NCBI GenBank assembly: GCA_965249575.1
Contig: OZ252244.1
Coordinates: 1 to 64,000 of the forward strand
From: Gemmatimonadales bacterium
Lineage (GTDB): Bacteria > Gemmatimonadota > Gemmatimonadetes > Gemmatimonadales > GWC2-71-9
Direction: 5' to 3'
DNA: 64,000 nucleotides
Each line of letters opens with the position of its first letter. Positions within the stretch are counted from its first letter, which is position 1. A model generated the notes under the pieces. It was not told the DNA's origin, searched no databases, and saw only the letters and a program-made list of their open reading frames with translations. Made by a program: the position numbers and the translations under genes. Positions 50,692 to 60,870 of this stretch are shown piece by piece.

Positions 50692-51905
50692 TATGCCTCC
50701 AGACCTCTGCGCGCCCGCGCTCCGGGGAGTACCCCGCCACGATCGAACACACGCAGCAGGACGACCCCGAGCGCCGCGTTGAGCAGCCCCAAAATCAGGC
50801 CGTACAGGATGCCGAACGGGATCCCCGCCGCGTCGAGCGCCCAGACGGCGATGGCGACAAAGGCGATGTAGCCGAACGTGAACGGCAAGAGAAACTTCCA
50901 TCCAAGCTGCATGAGTTGATCGAAGCGAAACCGTGGGAGGGTCCACCGAACCCAAATGTAGAGGAACACGAAGCCGATCGTCTTGGCCGAGAAGGCCAGT
51001 AACGTGGCGAGTGATTTGATCACCGTTGGCTCGCCTTCGTCCCAGGTCGTGAATGGGATATCCCAACCGCCAAGAAAGAGCGTGGTGATCACCGCTGACG
51101 CAGTAATGATATTGGAGTACTCAGCGATGAAAAACATGGAGAACTTCATTGAGCTGTACTCAGTGTGATATCCGGTAACGAGCTCTGATTCCGCTTCAGG
51201 TAAATCGAAGGGCAGACGATTCGTCTCGGCGAAGGCCGTGACGAGGAAGACCGCAAACGCGACCGCCAGGGCGATGACAAACCACACCGACTCCTGCTGC
51301 CGCGCCACAACTTCCGACAGCGTAACGTTCCCGACGAGGATGATCACCGCAATCACCATCATCGCCATGGGGATCTCGTAACTAATCATCTGCGCACTGG
51401 ACCGAAGCCCCCCGAGAAGCGCGTACTTGCTCCCAGACGACCACCCGGCGATGACGATGCCGTACACACCAAGACTCGTAATGGCCAGCACGTAGAGAAT
51501 ACCGACCGGCAGGTCAGCGATGACCATGGGCATCGGACCGTCATGTACGAACCGGCCGAGCAACGGCATGGTGAAATCGAACGAGACCGGCATTGGCGCC
51601 GCAAAGGGCACCACCGCGAAGGCCAGGAGCGCAGGTATGAACGAGATGGCGGGGGCGAGCAGGAAGAGCCACCGATCGGCCTCGGCGGGGTATGTCTCCT
51701 CCTTCATGATGTTCTTCAATCCATCGGCGACGGACTGAAGTAGCCCTTCGGGTCCCACACGATTGGGCCCCAAACGATCTTGGATCCACGCGCTCACGCG
51801 CCGCTCTGCCCAGATCACCATCATCACGCCGACCATGATCACCGTGAACACGGCGAGGATTTTGACCGTGCTCACGAGGAGAAACCCCTTGAATTCCGGT
51901 GTCAC
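50691..51905 (-). CDS. nuoH: NADH-quinone oxidoreductase subunit H
   Basis: ERR....Q.R.GPNRVG, AQMISYE, ETNRLPFDLPEAESELV.GY.TEYS. Confidence 0.97.
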   Translation of the reverse strand: MTPEFKGFLLVSTVKILAVFTVIMVGVMMVIWAERRVSAWIQDRLGPNRVGPEGLLQSVADGLKNIMKEETYPAEADRWLFLLAPAISFIPALLAFAVVPFAAPMPVSFDFTMPLLGRFVHDGPMPMVIADLPVGILYVLAITSLGVYGIVIAGWSSGSKYALLGGLRSSAQMISYEIPMAMMVIAVIILVGNVTLSEVVARQQESVWFVIALAVAFAVFLVTAFAETNRLPFDLPEAESELVTGYHTEYSSMKFSMFFIAEYSNIITASAVITTLFLGGWDIPFTTWDEGEPTVIKSLATLLAFSAKTIGFVFLYIWVRWTLPRFRFDQLMQLGWKFLLPFTFGYIAFVAIAVWALDAAGIPFGILYGLILGLLNAALGVVLLRVFDRGGVLPGARARRGLEA

Positions 51906-53476
51906 GCCGGAATGCCGGCCCCGTCCAGCACGACGCCCGCCATCCCCAGTCGGCCGTAGCTGAGCCCCGCAAACACGGACTCGTGCCGCGCCAGCATCTC
52001 GAAGGCCTCCGCGGCATCCGCGAGGGGCTCGCCGCGCCCAGCGATCCTGAGCGCCTCACTCAGCACCCACCACGCCGGCCTCGCCATCCCCGGAGCCGAC
52101 TTCGCCTGAAAGTATCGCTGTAGTCTGCGGTCGCGGCTTACGAACGTGCCGTCTTCTTCCGACACGTTCGCGACGGGCAGTACGACCTTCGCCCCGCGCG
52201 CGGCGTCAGGTAGCATCGTCCCCACAAACACCACATTCCCAGCTTCTTCGAGGAGTGCTGCGGAAACCCCGCTGAGGTCATCGTCCAAGATCAGCACCAG
52301 CGCGGCGTCCCGCGTTGCGTGGACCGCCGATTCAAACGACTCGGTGTACCCGAGCAGGGCGGCACCAGTGGCATTCGGGGCGCGCTCCGACCGTAGGGCC
52401 AAATTCGGCACCCCGTGGAGTGGCGCCTCCCCGTCGACCCGGTGCACCCGGAACGAGCCCTGGAGGTCGAACCGGTCCAGCAGTTGCTTCGCCAGGAAGA
52501 GGGACTCATTCGATGCGCCGGCCGACACCAGTGCAACCGCTCGCCCCTGTGCGCCCGCCACCAGTCTCGCCGCCTCGGACAGGGCGTGGTCCCAGTCTAC
52601 CGCCACCAACTCCCCCCGCTCCGCGATCAACGGTGCCTCGATGCGGTCCCCACGATTCATCCACCGAAAATGGCGCCGTCCGTGATCGCACGCGAAATAG
52701 CGATTGACCTCGTCATTGGACCGTGGACGGACGCGAACTACGACGTCTTCACGGGTGTCGAGGGTCACGTTGCACCCTTGCGAGCATCCAGTGCAGACAC
52801 TGGGCGTCTTGTCCAGCTCCCATGCCCGCGCCTTGTGAAGGAAGTCTTTCGAGATGAGCGAGCCCACCGGGCAGAGATCGACCACGTTCCCCGCCCATGG
52901 ATGATCCAGCATCCTGTCCGGATGAATGCCGATAAAGGCCCGATCACCCCGCTCGCTCACGTTCAGAATGTCGTCGTGCGCAACGTCGTCCATGAACCGC
53001 ACGCACCTCGTGCACAGGATGCACCGGTTAGGTACGTAGAGAACGTCGCCACCAAAGTCCTCGACCGGATTGAATCGCTTGGCGTAGCTGCCGTATCTCG
53101 TTCGCGCACGCCCTTCCTGAAAGACGTAATCTTGGAGCTCGCACTCCCCCGCCTGGTCGCAGATTGGGCAGTCCAGCGGATGATTGATCAGCAGGAACTC
53201 GAGCACCGCCTGGCGGGCTTCCTCCGCTGCCTCGCCGTTCACATGCACTACTTGCCCGTCAGCGACAGCGGTGGCGCACGCAATCTGCAGCTTGGGAGCC
53301 TTTTCCACCTCCACCAGACACATCCGACACACGCCCGCTACCGGTAGCCCCGGGTGATAGCAGTAATGCGGTATGACCACACCCACCTGCTTCGCCGCCT
53401 CGATGATCGACGTACCCTTGGGGACCGTAACCTCGGTCCCCTCAATGGTCAGGGTGACGGCCTCTTGATCGCCCAT
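51902..53476 (-). CDS. nuoG: NADH-quinone oxidoreductase subunit G (short form)
   Basis: CYHPGL...GVCRMC, HPLDCPICDQAGEC, CILCTRCVRF, CTGCSQGC; ATG at 53476 after AAGGAG. Confidence 0.92.
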   Translation of the reverse strand: MGDQEAVTLTIEGTEVTVPKGTSIIEAAKQVGVVIPHYCYHPGLPVAGVCRMCLVEVEKAPKLQIACATAVADGQVVHVNGEAAEEARQAVLEFLLINHPLDCPICDQAGECELQDYVFQEGRARTRYGSYAKRFNPVEDFGGDVLYVPNRCILCTRCVRFMDDVAHDDILNVSERGDRAFIGIHPDRMLDHPWAGNVVDLCPVGSLISKDFLHKARAWELDKTPSVCTGCSQGCNVTLDTREDVVVRVRPRSNDEVNRYFACDHGRRHFRWMNRGDRIEAPLIAERGELVAVDWDHALSEAARLVAGAQGRAVALVSAGASNESLFLAKQLLDRFDLQGSFRVHRVDGEAPLHGVPNLALRSERAPNATGAALLGYTESFESAVHATRDAALVLILDDDLSGVSAALLEEAGNVVFVGTMLPDAARGAKVVLPVANVSEEDGTFVSRDRRLQRYFQAKSAPGMARPAWWVLSEALRIAGRGEPLADAAEAFEMLARHESVFAGLSYGRLGMAGVVLDGAGIPA

Positions 53477-53483
53477 AAGCTCC

Positions 53484-54791
53484 TTATACCAGGGCCGGTG
53501 CCGGCCTCCTGGCACCGGTGATGTATGCCTCGAACTCGCCCCGGAATTTCTTGATTCCACTGACCACCGGCGCGGCGCAGGAATCACTCAGCACGCAGAT
53601 AGTCTTGCCAGTCATTTGTTCGGCCAGGTCGAGCAGGAGGTCGAGATCCTTCATTTCTCCGTCGCCGGTGAGGATGCGCTCGAGAATCCTCGTCGTCCAC
53701 GCCGTGCCCTCGCGACACTGCGTGCACTGTGCGCAGGATTCGTGGGCATAGAAGCGAGCCAGGCGCATGATCTGGTATACCATGTCGGCACTGTCGTCGA
53801 ACACGATGACCCCACCCGACCCCAGCATGGTCCCTTGCTCTACGGCACCTTCGTAGTCCAGGAGGCACGCTTCGCTCTCCTGCCGGTTCAGAATCGGAAC
53901 TGACGATCCGCCGGGGATACACGCCTTGAGCGTCCGGCCGGGACGCATCCCTCCAGCCAAATCGTTGATCAGTTCGCCCAGGGGGAATCCGAGCGTCACT
54001 TCATAGTTACCGGGCTTTTGTACGTGGCCACACACGCTAAAGAGCTTCGTACCCGTGCTCTTGGGGTTCGACAGACACATCCCCTTGTACCAATCCGCCC
54101 CCCGGCGGATGATGTGCGGCACCGCGGCCAGAGTTTCGACGTTGTTGATGGTCGTCGGCATACCAAACACCCCCGACGCTGCCGGGAAGGGGGGCTTGAT
54201 CCGGGGATTGCCCCGCTTCCCCTCGATGGAGTTCATCAACGCGGTCTCCTCACCGCAGATGTACGCACCCGCCCCACGATGGATGTACATGTCGATGCGG
54301 TGGCCCGAACCCATCGCATTCGAACCCAGCGTTCCGCGCTCGTATGCCTCGGCGAGAGCACGCTCGATGACATCGACTGGCTCGGTGAACTCGCCGCGAA
54401 TGTAGATGTAGCCCACCTCAGCCTGAATGGCATGCTGCGCGATGGCGCACCCCTCGATGAGGGCGTGTGGCGTCCAGCGCATGACCTCCCGGTCCTTGAA
54501 GGTCCCGGGCTCCGACTCGTCCGCGTTGCAACAGAGATAGTGAGGCTTTGTCTTCTCTTTCGGCATGAACGACCACTTGAGGCCGCAGGGGAACCCCGCG
54601 CCCCCCCGACCGCGTAACCCCGAGGCCTTCACGATCTCGATGACGTCAGCGGGGCCCATCTCGAGCACCCTCTTCAAGGCCTCATAGCCGCCCCGCTCGA
54701 TCCACCCGTCATACGACCGAGCCGCCGCATCACCGAAATACTCGCTCAGCACCACGGTCTCTTTGGGATGGGGTTGGTGCGGAAAGCCCAC
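53484..54791 (-). CDS. nuoF: NADH-quinone oxidoreductase subunit F
   Basis: GLRGRGGAGF, NADESEPGTFKD, GAGAYICGEETAL, ESCAQCTQCREG; GTG at 54791 inferred. Confidence 0.96.
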   Translation of the reverse strand: MGFPHQPHPKETVVLSEYFGDAAARSYDGWIERGGYEALKRVLEMGPADVIEIVKASGLRGRGGAGFPCGLKWSFMPKEKTKPHYLCCNADESEPGTFKDREVMRWTPHALIEGCAIAQHAIQAEVGYIYIRGEFTEPVDVIERALAEAYERGTLGSNAMGSGHRIDMYIHRGAGAYICGEETALMNSIEGKRGNPRIKPPFPAASGVFGMPTTINNVETLAAVPHIIRRGADWYKGMCLSNPKSTGTKLFSVCGHVQKPGNYEVTLGFPLGELINDLAGGMRPGRTLKACIPGGSSVPILNRQESEACLLDYEGAVEQGTMLGSGGVIVFDDSADMVYQIMRLARFYAHESCAQCTQCREGTAWTTRILERILTGDGEMKDLDLLLDLAEQMTGKTICVLSDSCAAPVVSGIKKFRGEFEAYITGARRPAPALV

Positions 54792-54834
54792 TAGCTCCCT
54801 CCCCTCGTATGCCCCCCGAGGCAATAGCCTCGGG

Positions 54835-55326
54835 TCACGAGTATTTCTTCACGAGCTCGGCAACTCTGTCCGGCGTAACGCCCTCGATGAAATCGTCGTC
54901 GATGATAACTGGAGTAGCGAATCCGCACGCTCCGAGGCACTCCACCTCGATCACGGTAAACAGCCCGTCCGCCGACGTGGCTCCGAGCTCACCGCACTTT
55001 GTGTGCTCGAGAAACGCGCTGACCACGTCCTCCGCCCCACAGATGTTGCAGGGGGTGGTGGTGCAGATTTGGATGAAGTGCCTTCCAACGGGGTGCTGGT
55101 GGTACATCGTGTAGAACGTGACGACGCCTTTGACATACGCTGGCGTGAGCGACAAGACCTGCGCCGCTTCGGCCATCGCGTCATCAGAGATCCACCCGCG
55201 GGCCTCTTGCACCATCCACAAGGCGGGAAGCAACGCCGCGCGCTTGGTGGGATAGCGCTTTAGGATTTCTGCGAGCCTCGTCTTGGCGTCGCCCGTGAAC
55301 ACGGGCGCGTAGGTCGCCGTGCTCAC
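54835..55326 (-). CDS. nuoE: NADH-quinone oxidoreductase subunit E
   Basis: VTFYTMY, CTTTPC, ECLGAC. Confidence 0.95.
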   Translation of the reverse strand: MSTATYAPVFTGDAKTRLAEILKRYPTKRAALLPALWMVQEARGWISDDAMAEAAQVLSLTPAYVKGVVTFYTMYHQHPVGRHFIQICTTTPCNICGAEDVVSAFLEHTKCGELGATSADGLFTVIEVECLGACGFATPVIIDDDFIEGVTPDRVAELVKKYS

Positions 55327-56621
55327 CGGTCTACTTCGCCCATGACAATGTCCACGCTGGCGTTGATCGCGATGAGATCGGACAAAAGGTGCCCTTCAGC
55401 CATCTTGGGAAGGGCCGAGAGGTTGATGAATGCCGGGGGCCGGATCCGCCAACGGACCGGTTTGGCCGTCCCGTCGGAGACGAAATAGTACCCCAGCTCG
55501 CCCTTGGGCCCCTCGATGGGCTGGTATGCCTCACCGACGGGCGCGCGCACGCCCTCCATCACTTGCTTGAAGTGATGGATCATCGCCTCCATGTCACTCA
55601 TCGCCGCCCGCTTGGGCGGGAGAATGACGCGGTGGTCGTCGACATTGATGGGACCATCCGGGAGCCGCTCCACTGCTTGCTCCAGAATCCGCATCGATTG
55701 CCGCAACTCCTCGAAGCGAACGAGATATCGGTCGTACACATCGCCAGACGCACCCACCGGCACGTCGAAATCGTACGTTTCGTAATCGAGATACGGACGG
55801 TCCTTCCGTATGTCGTATGGCACGCCACTCGCTCGAAGCAGAGGCCCCGAGAGTGAAAAGTTGATCGCGTCGGCAGCGCTGATCACGCCGATGTCCTGCG
55901 TCCTCCCAACCCAGATCCCGTTGCGCGTAAGCACCCGGTCGACCTCGACCAACGTCTTCGGGAACTCCGACAAGAAACCCTTGAGCGCGTCGACGAAGCC
56001 GTCGGGGATGTCCGCCATCAACCCGCCCACTCGCGTCATGCTCGTCGTGAGCCGCGCACCCGTCCACATCTCCTGGAGATTGTACACCCGCTCTCGCTGC
56101 TGAAAACACCACAGAAACGGCGTGAACGCTCCAAGGTCGATGGCCGTCGTGCCGAGCCAGACCAAGTGGGAGATGATCCGGCTCAGCTCGCAGGCAATCA
56201 CCCGCAACACCTTACACCGTTCGGTGATCTCGATCCCCATCAGTTTCTCGGCCGCGAGCGCGAGGCCGACATTGTTGGACATTGGAGCGAGATAGTCCGT
56301 CCGGTCGGTCAGGGGGATGATCTGGTTGTAGTGCCGGTATTCACCAAGCTTTTCGAAGCCCGAGTGTAGATACCCAACGTGGGGCACGACTCGCTTGACG
56401 ACCTCGCCGTCCAACTCGACCACCAACCGGAGCACACCGTGCGTGGCGGGATGCTGCGGACCCAGATTGAGCAGCATGTGCTCCCCGCCGAGCTCCGGCT
56501 CCTCCCCAACCGCCACGCCATCCGATGCCGCCGAGAGGCCAAGCGGCGTCCGCACGGCCTGGCCCCGAGCATCGAGGCCCGGCGTTGCAAGGTCGAGCTC
56601 GATGACGCGCTTGTCGGCCAT
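55323..56621 (-). CDS. nuoD: NADH-quinone oxidoreductase subunit D
   Basis: GPQHPATHGVLR, GYLH.GFEK, RTDY, E.PKGELG, GEVDR. Confidence 0.97.
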   Translation of the reverse strand: MADKRVIELDLATPGLDARGQAVRTPLGLSAASDGVAVGEEPELGGEHMLLNLGPQHPATHGVLRLVVELDGEVVKRVVPHVGYLHSGFEKLGEYRHYNQIIPLTDRTDYLAPMSNNVGLALAAEKLMGIEITERCKVLRVIACELSRIISHLVWLGTTAIDLGAFTPFLWCFQQRERVYNLQEMWTGARLTTSMTRVGGLMADIPDGFVDALKGFLSEFPKTLVEVDRVLTRNGIWVGRTQDIGVISAADAINFSLSGPLLRASGVPYDIRKDRPYLDYETYDFDVPVGASGDVYDRYLVRFEELRQSMRILEQAVERLPDGPINVDDHRVILPPKRAAMSDMEAMIHHFKQVMEGVRAPVGEAYQPIEGPKGELGYYFVSDGTAKPVRWRIRPPAFINLSALPKMAEGHLLSDLIAINASVDIVMGEVDR

Positions 56622-56622
56622 G

Positions 56623-57249
56623 TTAGGACGCCGATTCTGGGTCGCGGATCACACCTCGCTCACCTCGCAGGAGGCGCTCCCGCATTTCGAGCGGCAAGTC
56701 GTGGAACGACTCCGCGATGGACAGCTCTTCCATGGAGTAGTGCGCCTCTGGATTGGCATTCAGAGCTTGGCGCACCTGCTCGGACCGCGAAAACCGGCCT
56801 CGTAGAGGGAAGTCTTTGCGGAGCGGATGCCCCTCCGCATACGTCTCCCACATGATGATCCTTCGAAGGTCGGGATGATCCCGGAACGAGATGCCGAACA
56901 TGTCGTAGACCTCTCGTTCCAGCCAGTTCGCTCCCTGCCAGATGGGAACCACCGAGTCGACCTCGAGGGGCTCGTCTTTCGGGAGCTCGGCTTTGACTCG
57001 TAGCGGCACGCGCCGTCCAAGAGAGAACAGTTCATAAACGATCTCGATCGGCCGCTCTGGATCCCGGTACTCCACCGCCGTGATGTCAGCGAGATAGTCG
57101 TACTGCTGTTCGGGAGTTTCGAGGAGCCACTGCAATACATCGCGGTTGCGACCCCGATCGACGTAGACGAAGGTGTCGCCACACGACACCGCTGCGCGCC
57201 CGATCACCTCGCCAAACTCCTGGCGCAAGGCGTCGATTGAGGAATTCAC
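56623..57249 (-). CDS. nuoC: NADH-quinone oxidoreductase subunit C
   Basis: ANWLEREVYDMFGI.F..HPDLRRI, GHPLRKDFPL. Confidence 0.96.
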   Translation of the reverse strand: MNSSIDALRQEFGEVIGRAAVSCGDTFVYVDRGRNRDVLQWLLETPEQQYDYLADITAVEYRDPERPIEIVYELFSLGRRVPLRVKAELPKDEPLEVDSVVPIWQGANWLEREVYDMFGISFRDHPDLRRIIMWETYAEGHPLRKDFPLRGRFSRSEQVRQALNANPEAHYSMEELSIAESFHDLPLEMRERLLRGERGVIRDPESAS

Positions 57250-57256
57250 GCGATCC

Positions 57257-57883
57257 TCAGGCGGACCGTGTTTGATGGACGGAGTTTCCGAACGGCTCCG
57301 ACAGCTCGTCGATCACCCCGGGCGGCAGCCGGAGGCCCCGCTCATCCAGTGGTTGCTCGTCTCGGATGGTCCGATCGACTAGCGTCTCCGCCCGAATCTT
57401 CTTCTGGAGCAACAAGATGCCGTACAGGAGACCCTCGGGCCGCGGGGGACACCCGGGTACGTACACATCCACCGGGACGACCGTGTCGATGCCCTGGACC
57501 ATGGCGTAGTTGTCAAAAATGCCCCCGGTCGAGGCGCACGCCCCCATGGAGATCACCCATTTGGGCTGCGGCATCTGATCGTAAATGCGGCGGATCACCG
57601 GGGCGAGCTTGAACGGTAGGCGCCCCGCGCAGATGAGGACATCGGCCTGGCGCGGTGAGAAGCTCATTCGCTCCATCCCGAAGCGCGCGAGGTCGAAACG
57701 TGCCGCGGCAGTCGCCATGAACTCGATAGCGCAACACGCGGTCCCGAACGGCATGGGCCAGAGGCTGTTCGATCGCGCCCAGTTGACGAGAAAATCGAGA
57801 CGGCTGGTCACCCAGTTGGGAGACACCTCTGCCACGACGGTGGACGCGGCATCCGCAGCACCCGATCGTTTGGTCAATCCCAT
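57257..57883 (-). CDS. nuoB: NADH-quinone oxidoreductase subunit B
   Basis: [30 protein letters not shown] at 57883. Confidence 0.96.
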   Translation of the reverse strand: MGLTKRSGAADAASTVVAEVSPNWVTSRLDFLVNWARSNSLWPMPFGTACCAIEFMATAAARFDLARFGMERMSFSPRQADVLICAGRLPFKLAPVIRRIYDQMPQPKWVISMGACASTGGIFDNYAMVQGIDTVVPVDVYVPGCPPRPEGLLYGILLLQKKIRAETLVDRTIRDEQPLDERGLRLPPGVIDELSEPFGNSVHQTRSA

Positions 57884-58227
57884 TCCAGAGCTCCCCGCTT
57901 CCAAGCATAGATGTCGCCCACCAACAAGATCCCGATGAAGATCAACATTGCCACGAGCCCGAGCGCCCCCAGTTGCCGGAACGCCACCGCCCAGGGGATC
58001 AGAAAGACGGTTTCGATGTCGAACAGGATGAACAGCATCGCTACCAGATAGAATTTGACGCTAAAGCGGTCCTTTGTCCCGCCAAGCGTCGGCATGCCAG
58101 ACTCGTAGGGTTCGCTCTTGAGGGCCGTGGGACGCTGCGGTGAGACGAGGTGGGACAACACCAACATTCCCACCGCGTTGGCGATCACAAATCCGATCAG
58201 TAACAGCAGGGGAGCGTACGCGCGCAC
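57874..58227 (-). CDS. nuoA: NADH-quinone oxidoreductase subunit A
   Basis: [30 protein letters not shown]. Confidence 0.96.
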   Translation of the reverse strand: MRAYAPLLLLIGFVIANAVGMLVLSHLVSPQRPTALKSEPYESGMPTLGGTKDRFSVKFYLVAMLFILFDIETVFLIPWAVAFRQLGALGLVAMLIFIGILLVGDIYAWKRGALEWD

Positions 58228-58242
58228 CGGAATCTCAGGTTC

Positions 58243-58260
58243 TCGTGAAAAATTTCACTA
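58243..58260. promoter_or_regulatory. Putative Rex operator upstream of nuoA
   Basis: TCGTGAA-AAAT-TTCACTA versus the Rex consensus TTGTGAA-N4-TTCACAA (2 mismatches). Confidence 0.7.
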
Positions 58261-58273
58261 GCGTCGCATGCTC

Positions 58274-58303
58274 AAGGTACTCAGAGTTTGGCCGGAGTGT
58301 CAA
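58274..58303 (-). promoter_or_regulatory. Putative sigma70 promoter of the nuo operon
   Basis: Minus strand TTGACA-N18-TACCTT, just upstream of the Rex-like box. Confidence 0.55.
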
Positions 58304-58390
58304 GCAAAGGCGAAGTGGCATAAGCTCTGGCGGAACATATCTTTCGGTGACTTGTGACTGGACCGACCACTGAGACCGGGGACGCACGAC

Positions 58391-58951
58391 ATGTCGATCA
58401 AGTCAGACCGATGGATTCGACGGATGGCGCTGGAGCACGGTATGATCGAACCTTTCGCGGCCCAACAGGTTCGTGATGGCGTCATCAGCTTTGGCGTCTC
58501 GTCCTACGGTTACGACATGCGGGTTGCCGACGAGTTCCGGATCTTCACCAACGTGCACTCCCCAGTCGTGGATCCGAAGCACTTCGACGACAAGTCATTC
58601 GTCTTACATCACGGAGACGTCTGCATCGTACCGCCCAACTCATTCGCCCTGGCTCGGTCGGTCGAGTACTTTAGAATCCCACGGGATACGTTGTCGGTAT
58701 GCGTCGGCAAGAGCACCTATGCGAGGTGTGGGATCATTACCAACGTCACGCCATTCGAGCCGGAATGGGAGGGGTTCGTAACCCTTGAGATCTCGAACAC
58801 GACGCCCCTGCCGGCCAAGATCTATGCCAATGAGGGCATCGCCCAGGTACTGTTCTTTGAAGCAGACAGTGACGACATTTGTGAGACTTCGTACGCCGAC
58901 CGGCGCGGCAAGTACCAGGCCCAGCGCGGCGTGACTCTCCCTAAGATTTAA
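58391..58951 (+). CDS. dcd: dCTP deaminase
   Basis: [44 protein letters not shown]. Confidence 0.95.
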   Translation: MSIKSDRWIRRMALEHGMIEPFAAQQVRDGVISFGVSSYGYDMRVADEFRIFTNVHSPVVDPKHFDDKSFVLHHGDVCIVPPNSFALARSVEYFRIPRDTLSVCVGKSTYARCGIITNVTPFEPEWEGFVTLEISNTTPLPAKIYANEGIAQVLFFEADSDDICETSYADRRGKYQAQRGVTLPKI

Positions 58952-58964
58952 TCACTGGCACTCA

Positions 58965-59954
58965 ATGGCGCTCGTTCGCTGCCCAACACACAAGATCCCC
59001 TACAACGACGCAAACCCCCGTGGTTGTCCGGCGTGCGCGCAGGAAAAGGGGGATGGAGGCACCGCGCACGTCATGAAGGAGCTGGCACGGGTCAGCCAGT
59101 CTCCGAAGCGGATTACCGGAGCCGAGCTCCCACCGGAGTCTCGATCGTCGGGGGCAGAGGGACCGGCGGCGAGGGCCTCCCGGGAGTCTCGCCCAGCGCC
59201 GCCGGAGTTTGGAGTCCCAGTCACGCAGCAGCCCCGGATCCCGGAACCGGAGGTACGCCGGCTGACCGGCCTGGGCGAAGTGATTCGTGGTCAGCGCTTC
59301 GTCACCGTCGGATCGCTGACGGTCGTGGCGCTCGCATTGTTCCTCTTCGCGACCTCCGGACCAAAATTCGCCGAGGAGCCGAGCCCGCCAGCGATGGTCG
59401 GACCGGCTAGACCACTAGCGATCGCTCCGGATGACCCCGTTGGAGTCGCCTTTTCCCTGCTGGGGCCGATCGACGCCGAAGCGAATCCAACCACCAGAGC
59501 CCTCGCACGCTACGACTACGGGTCCGACTTGGTCGTCGACGCCATGAACGGATTGGTCTATGCCCTCACGTTCATGGTGGCGAACCGAAGCTGGCAGGGG
59601 CTGCAAGTCGGAATAGAGCGTCGCCAGGCCGAGGGTGCTTTGGCCCTGCTGGGACCGGTCCAGGAGCTGGAGACCGCGCTCGATGCGCGGGCGGACACCG
59701 TGGCGGGCTACGTTGTCTATCGATCGTTGGATGCCCGTCCGCGCCGTACGTACGCCGCTGAAGTGCGACCTCCGAACGGGTGTTACGACGTGACCGTCGA
59801 CGTACAACCTCGGGCAATCGGGACGCTCGCGACCGGTGGCCGCAAGCTGGCGGTCGTAGCGAGGGCCGGAGGCCCGATCGAATGGGTGGTGACCCGGGTG
59901 CGCGCGGTGAGCCGTTCGATGGAAGGACCGTATGCCGGAGACGCAGTTTGCTAG
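58965..59954 (+). CDS. Hypothetical membrane protein with an N-terminal Zn-finger-like motif
   Basis: CPTH-x11-CPAC, Pro-rich linker, one TM helix, C-terminal beta-rich domain; starts 13 bp after the dcd stop. Confidence 0.65.
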   Translation: MALVRCPTHKIPYNDANPRGCPACAQEKGDGGTAHVMKELARVSQSPKRITGAELPPESRSSGAEGPAARASRESRPAPPEFGVPVTQQPRIPEPEVRRLTGLGEVIRGQRFVTVGSLTVVALALFLFATSGPKFAEEPSPPAMVGPARPLAIAPDDPVGVAFSLLGPIDAEANPTTRALARYDYGSDLVVDAMNGLVYALTFMVANRSWQGLQVGIERRQAEGALALLGPVQELETALDARADTVAGYVVYRSLDARPRRTYAAEVRPPNGCYDVTVDVQPRAIGTLATGGRKLAVVARAGGPIEWVVTRVRAVSRSMEGPYAGDAVC

Positions 59955-60007
59955 GCTCGTGATACCGGGTGCAGCCGGCGTGTGGTCACGGCCGGTATCT
60001 GCCCGGC

Positions 60008-60457
60008 TCAGCGCTGGCGCACTCCGATCCTGCCTTCGCTCTGCAACCAGCGCACATAACTGACGATTCGCTGGACGTCTTGCCGGGTCACCCCTTCGAC
60101 CGGCGCCATGTTCCCAAAGCCCCAGTGATGGGCCCTGACCCCGAACTGCGCCGCGCGGTAGAACGCCGCGTCGGCGTGGTGACTCGGCTCGTAGATCACG
60201 TGCACGAGGGGAGGCCCCTGCGTGCTTCCCGCCCCCTGCTCCCCGTGGCACTGCCCACAATAGGTCCGGTAGAGCGCTTCACCCTGCTCGTAGTCGAGCG
60301 GCGTGACCGCTGCTCCAGCCGCCGACGTGGCGCGCAGAGGCTCCCCACCCACTCCGCCCGCCTGCTTGGGGTCCTCACGGCCACATCCGGCGAAGCATTC
60401 GACTCCTATAATTCCAATGGCCGCTCGAAACACGAAGATCGCTGTGCACCAGTTCAC
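60008..60457 (-). CDS. Monoheme cytochrome c (probable lipoprotein)
   Basis: CGQCH heme motif, lipobox-like FAGC, distal Met in AHHWGFGNMAP. Confidence 0.85.
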   Translation of the reverse strand: MNWCTAIFVFRAAIGIIGVECFAGCGREDPKQAGGVGGEPLRATSAAGAAVTPLDYEQGEALYRTYCGQCHGEQGAGSTQGPPLVHVIYEPSHHADAAFYRAAQFGVRAHHWGFGNMAPVEGVTRQDVQRIVSYVRWLQSEGRIGVRQR

Positions 60458-60870
60458 GCGCGATGCCGGATGGTGCCGTCAGTCACGATCTCCAGTTCCC
60501 CGCCAGCAGGGACGTGCGCCAGGAGTTGCAGAGCACATTCGAGTACTGGAATCGTAGGATACCCGAGCTCGCGTGCCACGACCACGCCCAGGGCTAGAAT
60601 CGTGTCCGGCTCACCCAGAACTACAGCGGCCGGGGCCCGACCGTTTCGCAAGAGTTCGAGCATCACGGCGCTCGAGGAGCTGGACCCGATCGCGCCAGGA
60701 AGCATGAGAATGGCCCCCGCGACCGCTACACCATGTTCCGGATGCCGGGGATCGGACACTCGCCCGGTGTTTGGATCGATGCCACCCCAGAAACTGATGG
60801 GCCGGGTGAGGCGCAGTGCTGGGCCGCGAGCGGCCCCAGCGACAAGCACCTTCCCACAAGTGGCGGTCAC
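60454..60870 (-). CDS. Aconitase X swivel-domain (small) subunit
   Basis: G.A.G......ISFWGGIDP.TG, GSSSSS.V.LE, APAA, P.TILALG; GTGA overlap start. Confidence 0.88.
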   Translation of the reverse strand: MTATCGKVLVAGAARGPALRLTRPISFWGGIDPNTGRVSDPRHPEHGVAVAGAILMLPGAIGSSSSSAVMLELLRNGRAPAAVVLGEPDTILALGVVVARELGYPTIPVLECALQLLAHVPAGGELEIVTDGTIRHRA

